From a virus (Duplodnaviria; Caudoviricetes): a DNA stretch of 42,197 nt. The stretch is from the IMG/VR virus record IMGVR_UViG_3300026196_000015, positions 1-42,197 of that record, one strand, 5' to 3'. A program made the position numbers and the translations under genes. The notes under the pieces were generated by a model that searched no databases, had not been told where the DNA came from, and saw only the letters and a list, made by a program, of their open reading frames with translations. How positions within the stretch are numbered: the stretch's first letter is position 1; every line of letters begins with the position of its first letter. Shown piece after piece: positions 1 through 9,100 of this stretch.

Positions 1-127
1 GATTGTCCGTGGGCCTGAAAACACTGTTGTTTATAACGCTATTTTGACGGTAAAGAAATGATAATAGCTGGCATGGCGACAATACCCGAAAGGGCCGAAA
101 CATTAAATAGTGTAATCGACAGTATTA
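1..127. repeat. Terminal direct repeat, copy 1 (assembly overlap indicating a circular/complete genome)
   Basis: 1..127 is identical to 42071..42197; ORFs read through the junction. Confidence 0.95.
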
Positions 128-933
128 TCCCCCAGGTTGACAAGCTCTTTATTTATTTTAATAATTGTCATTCTCTTAAAACACTACACAAACTTTCCAG
201 AGAGAAACTTACTTTTAAGTTTGGTGATAACCTCGGGGCCAATGGAAAATTCAAATTCCTGGATAAACCATACGATTATTACTTCTCTATCGATGACGAT
301 TTCATCTATCCGAAAGATTATGTCAAAGTGATGATTGCCAAAATAGAAAAGTACAAAAGGAAGGCGGTGATGTGTGTCCATGGCTCAACATTCCCCCCGC
401 ATCCCGACTGGTATTACGAAAGAATTAACTCGTACTCTTCCCGGGAAGGAACAGAGAAAGACCATCTTGTAAATCTGCCCGGGACTGGAACAGTTGCATT
501 TCATAAAGACACTTTCCGGAATATGACATATGATCGCTTCAACGGTTCTGTGAAATGCGATCTGAAACTTGCGATTGCTTGCCATGATCAAGGAATCCCT
601 ATTATATCAGTTATGAGGAAAAAGAACTGGCTAAGACCAATCACGACAGATGGCCCTGATTATTGGTCAAGATGCCTATCGGATGACGAAGGAAGAACAG
701 AACTTGCCCAGACAAAAGACTGGTCATTTTGGCCAAGCAGATTCTTTCCCGAAAAACCTGATTACTGGGCAGAAGTTTCTCAACTCCATTTAATCACCAG
801 GTTTCGCTATCTCAGCAAGTTCTTCCATGGTGGGATTCATGACATGAAATATTTCATGAAATACCCGCTGTCTGGATTGAAAGAGATAGTCGAAAGCCTT
901 GAAGAGAAAAAACGACAATTGGAAAATAAATGA
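58..933 (+). CDS. Glycosyltransferase, GT-A fold (GT2-like)
   Basis: N-terminal MATIPERAETL...IDSIIPQVD, DxD-type SIDDDFIYP, and PGTGTVAFH; ATGA overlap with the upstream ORF across the junction. Confidence 0.8.
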   Translation: MIIAGMATIPERAETLNSVIDSIIPQVDKLFIYFNNCHSLKTLHKLSREKLTFKFGDNLGANGKFKFLDKPYDYYFSIDDDFIYPKDYVKVMIAKIEKYKRKAVMCVHGSTFPPHPDWYYERINSYSSREGTEKDHLVNLPGTGTVAFHKDTFRNMTYDRFNGSVKCDLKLAIACHDQGIPIISVMRKKNWLRPITTDGPDYWSRCLSDDEGRTELAQTKDWSFWPSRFFPEKPDYWAEVSQLHLITRFRYLSKFFHGGIHDMKYFMKYPLSGLKEIVESLEEKKRQLENK

Positions 934-1652
934 GAAATTACCTAGCCATAGGCGGTTGCCCACGATCAGGGACAACGGCATTGACAGATTTTTTGAACAT
1001 GGATGATAGAATATTCATCGGCCGTGAATTCAAAATATTCGACCATTGGGATAAACCTATCACCTTGGGCGGTATTATCGATGAGCGGTTTAAGAAGTCC
1101 AGGGATAAACTGCTAAAAGTCAAACGGTATGGTATCAATCCGCCTCAAATCGGGCAGACTGGGAAATCGTACATGGATTATGTGGAGTCCGTGAGAGAGT
1201 TTGATATCTATGGCGACAAGATGCCTAGAAGCTATATCTATCACGCAGCAGATATGGCCAAACAATTCCCATCGATGAAGTTTATTTTTTGCCTGAGGGA
1301 TGGTAGAGACGTGGTAGCCTCTATGCTTCGCTTATGGAATAAAGGAGTCAGAAAAGGATTTACATTCGGGAATCCAATTGAAGCCCAAAGGTTTTGGGTC
1401 AGGCAAGTCAAGCATATGGAAGGGGCTTTATTTGGATTTCGTAAAAGAACTTTCCTGGCAAAATATGAGGAAATGGTCATGGATCCGGAAGGCTCCTCTG
1501 AAAAATTGGGAAGGTTCCTCGGCCTGGGAAAGATTAACATATCAAATCACAATTACCATCCTGTCCACATGGGAGCATGGAAAGATGAATTGCCGGATAT
1601 GCCGATGTGTGAAGAATTCAAAACAATGCTGAATAAATGGGGGTATAAGTGA
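930..1652 (+). CDS. PAPS-dependent sulfotransferase (Sulfotransfer_3-like)
   Basis: 5'-phosphosulfate-binding loop IGGCPRSGTT; 3'-phosphate-binding motif KFIFCLRDGRDVVAS; KYEEMVMDP. Confidence 0.88.
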   Translation: MRNYLAIGGCPRSGTTALTDFLNMDDRIFIGREFKIFDHWDKPITLGGIIDERFKKSRDKLLKVKRYGINPPQIGQTGKSYMDYVESVREFDIYGDKMPRSYIYHAADMAKQFPSMKFIFCLRDGRDVVASMLRLWNKGVRKGFTFGNPIEAQRFWVRQVKHMEGALFGFRKRTFLAKYEEMVMDPEGSSEKLGRFLGLGKINISNHNYHPVHMGAWKDELPDMPMCEEFKTMLNKWGYK

Positions 1653-2677
1653 AAAAACTTGCTGTTGTCGTGGCGTTCTTCAACCCCTTTGACAATGACT
1701 TGACCAGAAAGAATCTAATAACGACGGTCAAATCTCTTTACCAAGCGTGGCCTGATATCTTCGTGGTTGAGGTTAAATATAAACACCACAATAAAAAAGG
1801 AAATGCCAAATATACCCCGAAAGAAGTAAAACATATCTACCTGGAAGCTGAATCAGTATTCTTTCACAAAGAGCGGATGAATAATATCGTTTGCCGGGAA
1901 CTTGCCGAAGATTATGAAGTTGTTGCTGCTTTTGATGCAGATATCCTATTCCCTGATAGATTCTGGCCGCAAAGGATCATTACCACACTGGAAGAATTTG
2001 ACCTTGCTCAATGCTTCATGGAATCAGCTTCAGTCTTCAAAGACGATAGAGGAGATAAGATAAGAGATATCGTCAATAAGTCCTGCATGTACATGTTTTT
2101 GAAGCAAGGGCTGTTATCAGGATCCCCCGGTGGAGCATGGGCTGGCAGAAAGAAGTTTTGGGATATCGGACAATTTGATTCTTATGTCCTTGGGTCAAAC
2201 GATTCAATCTTATTTGACGGAATAACCGGAAGGGCAAGGGGCCAAGTTCCAGTTCAATATAAAAAAGTCCCTACCTCCAGGCCGATGCATGATAGAATCA
2301 TTGAATACACAGACCGCATGGAAGTCATCAAGCCTATTTTCGTCAGGCAGAATGTTGAGTTCCAGTTCCACACGACATTGACCGCCAAAAGGTACGGCGC
2401 CAGGCATACAATCATGGTTGACTTCAACCCCGACAAAGAGCTTGAGGTCAATAAAGACGGGCTTTATGAGTGGAAAAATCCAAACAGTAATCGCGCCCGA
2501 CTGATGACTGAATATTTCGAGGTAAAAGATAACCCAGAAAAAGACTGGTCAACCGCTGTTGATTGTCTCTGTATTAATTCGACGCCAACTGATGCCGGCT
2601 TCATTAAAGCTGGTCAGGTGATTCGCTTACCCATGCAGCAAATAAACAACCATTTTAGGATAATTTGGGATGAATAG
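1649..2677 (+). CDS. Glycosyltransferase, GT-A fold
   Basis: FHKERMNN, AAFDADILF (DxD), PGGAWAGR and LGSND motifs; GTGA overlap with the sulfotransferase. Confidence 0.7.
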   Translation: MKKLAVVVAFFNPFDNDLTRKNLITTVKSLYQAWPDIFVVEVKYKHHNKKGNAKYTPKEVKHIYLEAESVFFHKERMNNIVCRELAEDYEVVAAFDADILFPDRFWPQRIITTLEEFDLAQCFMESASVFKDDRGDKIRDIVNKSCMYMFLKQGLLSGSPGGAWAGRKKFWDIGQFDSYVLGSNDSILFDGITGRARGQVPVQYKKVPTSRPMHDRIIEYTDRMEVIKPIFVRQNVEFQFHTTLTAKRYGARHTIMVDFNPDKELEVNKDGLYEWKNPNSNRARLMTEYFEVKDNPEKDWSTAVDCLCINSTPTDAGFIKAGQVIRLPMQQINNHFRIIWDE

Positions 2678-2861
2678 GCAAAAAATACTTGATAGCTTTA
2701 AATTGAGAACAAGAAGACTTGACATATTCTCATTTTGGTATTCCTTGCCTAACGAAAAGCAAGAAGAATTTATTTTATTGTTAAATTCTTATGATATTCT
2801 ATACGGTGGCACACCGAAGAAACAAACAACTTTCACAGGGCTTGCTGGAAGATATGAATAG
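2670..2861 (+). CDS. Hypothetical protein (63 aa)
   Basis: Fills the gap between two GT genes and overlaps both neighbours by 8 nt. Confidence 0.5.
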   Translation: MNRQKILDSFKLRTRRLDIFSFWYSLPNEKQEEFILLLNSYDILYGGTPKKQTTFTGLAGRYE

Positions 2862-3489
2862 ACAACAAAAAAGAGCTGAAGAAAAATTCGCCAAGAAAAG
2901 AAACGATACCATCAGGAAGATTAAAAGACCGATGATTGCGATCGGGATTCCGGCAAAAGATTTCGTCTATCGTAATTTCGCCATCTCCTTTGCTAATATG
3001 CTGGTCTGGTCTTTCAAATGGATCGATATGCAGGTCATTGGTCAGGATAGCCCAACAATCTCTTTTAACCGCAATAGAATGGTATATGACGCCAGGAAAA
3101 TGTCAGCAGATTATATCCTGATGCTGGACAGCGATGAAGAAATAGATCGCCTGGCCCTGCTTAAGCTATTTTCTCATAGAAAAGACATCGTTGTTGCTGA
3201 TTATCCGAAAAGAACAAAACCATATCCTGCGGTGAACCCAAAACCATTGGAAGGGGAATCCGGTGATCTGGTTAGGCTTCCCTGGGCAGCTACCGGTTGC
3301 ATGCTGATAAAAATGTCTGCCTTTGACAAAATAGAATTCCCCTGGTTCCTTTCAGGATATGACGAAAACAACCAGGAGTTTGGTGAAGACCAGTATTTTA
3401 CAAAAAAAGCCATTCAAGGCGGCTTTGAGGTATGGCAAGATAACACCATTAAAATTGGGCATGGTGTTATTGATTACAAATACCTTTAA
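2854..3489 (+). CDS. Glycosyltransferase family 2-like protein with a basic N-terminal extension
   Basis: IAIGIP, ISFNRNRMV, YILMLDSD (DxD), AATGCMLIK, GEDQYFT, IKIGH. Start moved from 2791 to ATG 2854 (MNRQQKR) on the basis of overlap with the upstream stop. Confidence 0.8.
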   Translation: MNRQQKRAEEKFAKKRNDTIRKIKRPMIAIGIPAKDFVYRNFAISFANMLVWSFKWIDMQVIGQDSPTISFNRNRMVYDARKMSADYILMLDSDEEIDRLALLKLFSHRKDIVVADYPKRTKPYPAVNPKPLEGESGDLVRLPWAATGCMLIKMSAFDKIEFPWFLSGYDENNQEFGEDQYFTKKAIQGGFEVWQDNTIKIGHGVIDYKYL

Positions 3490-3573
3490 AGATACATGCT
3501 TTCTAAAAAGCACCAGAAGCGCCAACCTTTTCTGTTCTATCAGCAATAATTTAACTGTTTATATTATATTTAA

Positions 3574-6156
3574 CTACCCTCCATTAAACAATCTGACAAA
3601 TGCGGTTCCATTTATCTCAACAGAAGACCCTGGTGTGTTATCATGAGATTTTATATGTATTGTTGCACCTGTTGATGTCAGGCTGCTAAATGATACTAAA
3701 TATGGTGTTGTCCCCTCAACATTCCACTCAACATTCCAAGCATCATCATATAATTCAACATCCCATGTTATTGCGTCCCCATCATCTACCGATGATAAAC
3801 GCAGAGGAGAAGAAGAATTCAGCCCGAAATTTTTCCCTAAATGACAACCTTCATTTCCAGTTGAACCAAGTAATACATTAGCTGTTGAAGTTGCTAATCC
3901 TATGAATGTATTCCCTGTTATTGACCCGTTTATGCCCAAAGCGTAAATATATATATTCCCGTCAGTACCATCGAGATAAAACATATTATTTACTATTGTG
4001 CATGTCATTGCGTTATAAGTTTCATACGTATCGTCAAAAATTATACAGTTCAACTGTAGAGTGTCTGGGGTATCATCAGCGGAATCATAAAAATTATTTG
4101 AATCAATAACAACTCTATTCGGGCTAATGGCAGCGTTTTCTGTTATTAAGAATCTAATACCGGCATATGTTGTGTCGGACCCACAATTTCTGACAATTGT
4201 ATTTCCAGATATAAGTCCAGTTTCATATCTTGTGTCAACCAGTATCCCATCTTCTTCATTTTGGTAAATAGTGTTGTTTGTGATTCTGACATTTGACATC
4301 CTCCCATACGATCCGACTGCGCCATAAACACCAAGCGCCCCACTTATCAGGATTCCGGCGGATTCACATTCTCTAACTACGTTATTATCGACAGCAAAAC
4401 CAACTGCTTGTGACCCAATAAGTATACCATTTCCCCCATCAGATGAATGAGTTGCGGTCCCTATCGTAACTTGGTAGGTGTCACCTGTACGCTTTTTCAT
4501 TCCTATAATAAGGTTGCCATAAACTCTGGCAGTAAACGGGTCTTCACAATACAATCCATTCCCAATGCAATTTTTTATCGTATTTCCAGAAAACACAATA
4601 CCGTTCCTATATGTATCGTCATTTGTCGCTGTGTCTATCCAACACACAGCACCGTCATTGTTTGACCTGGACGGAGCTGAGATGTCATAAAAGATATTGC
4701 CACTAATGACAGTGTTAGCCGCATGGTATCCCATTATCCCGGAAATGTTTTGCCCATAAAACGTGCAATTATTTATTGACACATTTCTACTGCCTAATGT
4801 TGACCCATAATTTCTGTATGCATACCCACCGTTTTCAAATTTACAGTTATCAATTTCCATGCGGGTATCTTTCGGGATCTCTACCTGCTCAGCCCCATTT
4901 GCGTATATAATAATGCAGCTCTGTGAGTTAGGATCAGATGTGTCTGCCCATACATTATCTTTGACACCAATAAATTTACAATCCCTAATGGCAACGTCTT
5001 TATAAAAATTCCAAATTTCTATGATATTATCTGTAGACGCTGTATTATTGAACCAGCAATTTTCTAAAACAACATTAGTGATTCCTCTCGCATCGCCAAC
5101 CTGTGACCCGGAAAAATCAACAAGAATACACCCCGTATTATTCGCGTTGTTAAGTATTTTGATGTTTTTCATTGAAAAATCATTAAAAGTGGTATCTGCT
5201 CCAAGTTGAATAAAAGACGTTTCTGAGTCCCCTGTGACTGTTATAGAAGCGTTATTGATTCCTTGAAGTGCTGTGTCACGATAAATTTTCATCAGTGACA
5301 TAACAGTGTCACCATCAAAAATTACATCTTCTAAAGTGTCTAATGCTGCCTGATTTGGTGATGTGTCATTCGTCACCCCGTCGCATTTTGCTCCAAACCA
5401 TTTTGTATTTACTGCTGTATCATATATTCTTTCCCATATTCCTGTTCCTGTTGAGGCTGTCCACCACCCAGCACCACCTGGAGATACACCGATATCATGG
5501 TCAATTATAGTTCCTCCATTATGAGTAGAAGCGTCACCAGAAGAGTTCCATCTAAATACCCCACCACCACCATCACCGGGGGTATAAAATCCGGTAAGAA
5601 TGGCAATCATATTTGTTTTTAAGTCAGATTTATCAAGCGCCAACAATGCTGACATTGTTGTTATCGGGACGGGGGCATACCCCTCAGAGGCGTATTTTAG
5701 ATTTACTTGTGATTGGCAATAAGCTTCGATATTATCTATCGTTAAAGACGTATTCCCAGTTGCCAATGAGGATTTTACGGACCTTCCTATGGCTTCTTTT
5801 AACTCCTGTATAAGCCTTGTGTGCCTATCGAATTGATCTTCGATGCTTTCTTCATTGTACCCATCTTGATTTTTGAGATCTGTTTCTTGAGTTAAAGCAG
5901 ATTCGGCCCCCATCGTTATTGTCGAATTACTATCGGGAGCAGTTGTCATAGTGATAGTTCCGCCATCCTCATCATCAGGCGTAAACGAGACGGTATAATC
6001 AACATTGAGAGTCTGTGTTGTTTCTACATCACTAGAGTCAGTAAGGACTACTATCAATTCATCTTCAGTTTCAATCGGGAAATCGAAATCGAAATCCTTG
6101 TTTGATCCATTCCCGGCTTGAGGTGGAGTTCTTCTGTCATTGGTGGCTAGTGTCAT
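3574..6156 (-). CDS. Tailspike/tail fibre with right-handed beta-helix (putative polysaccharide depolymerase)
   Basis: Podovirus anchor GNGSNKDFDFDFPI...TLNVDYTV; GFYTPGDGGGGVF tailspike motif; VNTKWFGAKCDGVTND pectate-lyase-like start; many Asn-ladder repeats. Confidence 0.85.
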   Translation of the reverse strand: MTLATNDRRTPPQAGNGSNKDFDFDFPIETEDELIVVLTDSSDVETTQTLNVDYTVSFTPDDEDGGTITMTTAPDSNSTITMGAESALTQETDLKNQDGYNEESIEDQFDRHTRLIQELKEAIGRSVKSSLATGNTSLTIDNIEAYCQSQVNLKYASEGYAPVPITTMSALLALDKSDLKTNMIAILTGFYTPGDGGGGVFRWNSSGDASTHNGGTIIDHDIGVSPGGAGWWTASTGTGIWERIYDTAVNTKWFGAKCDGVTNDTSPNQAALDTLEDVIFDGDTVMSLMKIYRDTALQGINNASITVTGDSETSFIQLGADTTFNDFSMKNIKILNNANNTGCILVDFSGSQVGDARGITNVVLENCWFNNTASTDNIIEIWNFYKDVAIRDCKFIGVKDNVWADTSDPNSQSCIIIYANGAEQVEIPKDTRMEIDNCKFENGGYAYRNYGSTLGSRNVSINNCTFYGQNISGIMGYHAANTVISGNIFYDISAPSRSNNDGAVCWIDTATNDDTYRNGIVFSGNTIKNCIGNGLYCEDPFTARVYGNLIIGMKKRTGDTYQVTIGTATHSSDGGNGILIGSQAVGFAVDNNVVRECESAGILISGALGVYGAVGSYGRMSNVRITNNTIYQNEEDGILVDTRYETGLISGNTIVRNCGSDTTYAGIRFLITENAAISPNRVVIDSNNFYDSADDTPDTLQLNCIIFDDTYETYNAMTCTIVNNMFYLDGTDGNIYIYALGINGSITGNTFIGLATSTANVLLGSTGNEGCHLGKNFGLNSSSPLRLSSVDDGDAITWDVELYDDAWNVEWNVEGTTPYLVSFSSLTSTGATIHIKSHDNTPGSSVEINGTAFVRLFNGG

Positions 6157-9100
6157 GATCTGTTCCTCCTCATGAAGTCTTGATAGTCGAAATCGGGATT
6201 ATCCCCGGTTGAATAGTCGTAAAGGTTCCCAAGTAAAATAATGATCTGTTTTAATGGAAGTCCGAAGATATACCCGGCTGTTTCTGCTGTTTGCTCAACG
6301 CCTTCCTTGATATCTTTTTCGTCTTTTATCACTCTTTCCCATGTCGTCAAAAAGTCTGCCACTGATTTCGGCGCTGCCTCTGCTGGTGTTGCTGAATAAT
6401 CCCATCCGGAAAAGGCGTAGTTTGCTACTTCACGAACTCCTATCACAGTTTGAAACGGATAGTTTGCCAGTTGGGGGAATGCCCAGTCCCACCATTCTTC
6501 ATCATCTTCCGGGCCTCTTCCTGATACCATTTCGGATAAAAGAGATGGTACAAACCACAACCAGACAGCAGCAGACGCCGCTATTGCCACTTTTCCCCCA
6601 AGTCTTGCCTGTTTAATCTGAGAAACCCTGAGAGAACCAAGATTGAATAGGGTATTAAAATAACTGTAAAACATCGTAAAAAGGCGGATCGCTTCGTCTC
6701 CTCTTTGTATCTTAGCCAGGTCTTTTGTCCCGCCTGCTCCTTGTGTCTGTCTTACGATAGAGTCAGCGAATTGTACTGCCTGTTCGTGCGATTTCCCATC
6801 TTTAAGAGCCTTGTCATATCCTGCGTACCAGGTTGGAAGGTCAACCCCCATCTGCATGAACCCAATTCCGGCAAAAGCTATTTTGTTGATGCCTTTTTTA
6901 TCGATCTTCCCACCAAATTTGGTAATATCCCGGATGTCACGATCAAACGATTGCATCCTGTTTCTCATGAATCCAGAGCTTGTTCTTGCAAATTCTATCC
7001 TGTCCCCAATTTTCGCATAATCATTCCCTATTCCATAGAACATCTTCAGACCTTTTGCAGACTGAACCATTCCTAGCTCGTCAATGGTTTGAGTATACCC
7101 GACAAACTGCTGAGCCATGGTGGTGAACTTTAACCCCATGGACATTAATGATGTTGAAGTCCTGGCCCATCTGAAAAGTTTGTGGTAAACGTCGGAAGCG
7201 TTAGCCTGTTCCTTAGCCACATCCTCCAGCCAACTATGCATTTGAGATTGTAAATTAACCCCGATGGTGTTGGTCAACGCTGTTTGAACGTCTTTATTTC
7301 TTATCAGCTTAGCAACATTCAGAACCGCTTTCCTGTGTGTGATGTCATGTACTACCTCAAAAACGTGGTCAGATATAACGGTCAGATCAAGCTTGATCTT
7401 CTTATCTCCTGCTGAAGCTACTCTTTCCTTCAAAGATCCTGCTCTTGTGTTTGAGGTCGCGTATGTGCGTTTAAATAGCGATTTAATATCATCCAATTGA
7501 CCGTGTTTGAAAGATGACCAGGACAGCCTTCTATCATATAAAATTGGGTAATAACCGCCTTTATATTCTCCGAATTTAGTCTGTACTGCCTCTGCTTTGA
7601 TCTCCTTGGGAGTCCGGCCCTTAATATCCTTTTCGACTGAGAAAAGATCATCCTTGAATGTTTCGATGTAATCCCAGATCTTTTGCACAGTATCCCAGTC
7701 TTCCTTGGTCAATGTGTCAAGGAGGTCTTCTAATTGCTGTTCTGACCAGCCATATCCTTCAATCAGTTTAGCTTTATTGTCCGAGTTCCCGGTATTCAAA
7801 GCCGCTGAGATAGCCTGTTGCCTTCTCATGTTGCTGAATTCTTTCGGAAGAGATTCGACATATACTCGCTTATTTGGGTCTTTGATTCCCTTGAAAATCT
7901 CCCTCATGGCCTTTGCTTCAACTTTCAGCCTGTCATCCCTGGCATGTTCAGCTTCAGCTATTGGCTCGAATAGATAATGATACCAATCTCCAGTTACTTC
8001 TCCATCAAGTTTCCTGAAAAGGGTTTCCATCTTGGTATGGACAGCAACCCCATTCCCCAAGAATTCCTTGACGTTATTCCGCTCAAAATCAATTCCTTTA
8101 ATCTTCTGAGTTTTTTCGACACGGGAAAGCAATTTGTCTGTAATCTCTTTAATCCTGATACGTTCACCGAGAGCAGTAAAATATCTCTCTTCTCGATCAA
8201 CGTGATTGATAATGAAGAAAGTATCAGATAGTTCCTGGAAGTCGGCAAAAGGAAGGTCTTTATAATCCTTCATGAAAGAAGGATTTCTGATAAAGTCAGC
8301 CAGGTCTATTTCATACCCATCTTTGGAATTAGCCCATGATTCAAGAGTCTGCCTGTCTCTTTCTGATACTTGATTCCTGACAGCTGCCACTGACATCTGT
8401 AAATCATTTGCGTTGAAATATCTTGCCTTAAACTCGCCGGCCGCTTCCGGATCCATTTGTGATAATGCGGATTGGATATCTTCAGGCAGTAGCTTCTTGC
8501 CATCTGCCCGGATCAATCCGAATCTTGCCGCTAAGTCACGCACCTGGTTTAAAGTATCCTGAGTTAATGCCGTTGAATTGCTCAGCCCTTTGACTTTGCG
8601 TTGTAGCTTCTCAACTTCCTTTCGCATGGTCATCGATTGCTTGGCCATGGCATGAGCCATTCTTGCCAGGTAATTTGCATCAGCCGCTTCTTTTTTCTTT
8701 CCGAGTCTTATCGAAGATCTCTCTTTATCAGTGTGCCGCTTAAAATCAGACATGAATCGCCTGGTATTGATGGCATCTCTTACCGGCATTGAACCCAGTT
8801 TCTCTTTTGCAAATTCAGCCATCCCCAACTTTTCCACCGGTTTTCCGCCTGCCCTGTTGATATACCGGTTTTTTATATCCATGTAATCGCTGAACGGTTT
8901 TGTCGAATTGATATACTCTTCTGGTTTGAAACGATTAAACCAGTCAGTTGTATTGGATTCAACGCTCTGTTTAATAAAATCTGTCTTTGAAGGAGATGTC
9001 AGCAAGGCCGTGATTAGTTCTTGCTCTGATTTATACCCGGTTTGCTCCGTGGCCACCAGAACGCTCATGCCGTTTTTCTTAGCCAGGCGTTTTTTGCGCA

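Noticed and set aside
1-127. Biological direct terminal repeat of the virion DNA
   Set aside because: 127 bp equals a common assembler k-mer and the repeat falls inside coding sequence; best read as a circular-assembly overlap.
58-3489. Defined DNA hypermodification pathway
   Set aside because: No hydroxymethylase, TET/JBP dioxygenase, nucleotide kinase or phage DNA polymerase recognised to provide an acceptor base; not excluded but unsupported.
3574-6156. Diversity-generating retroelement as in BPP-1
   Set aside because: No reverse transcriptase ORF and no TR/VR repeat pair noticed.
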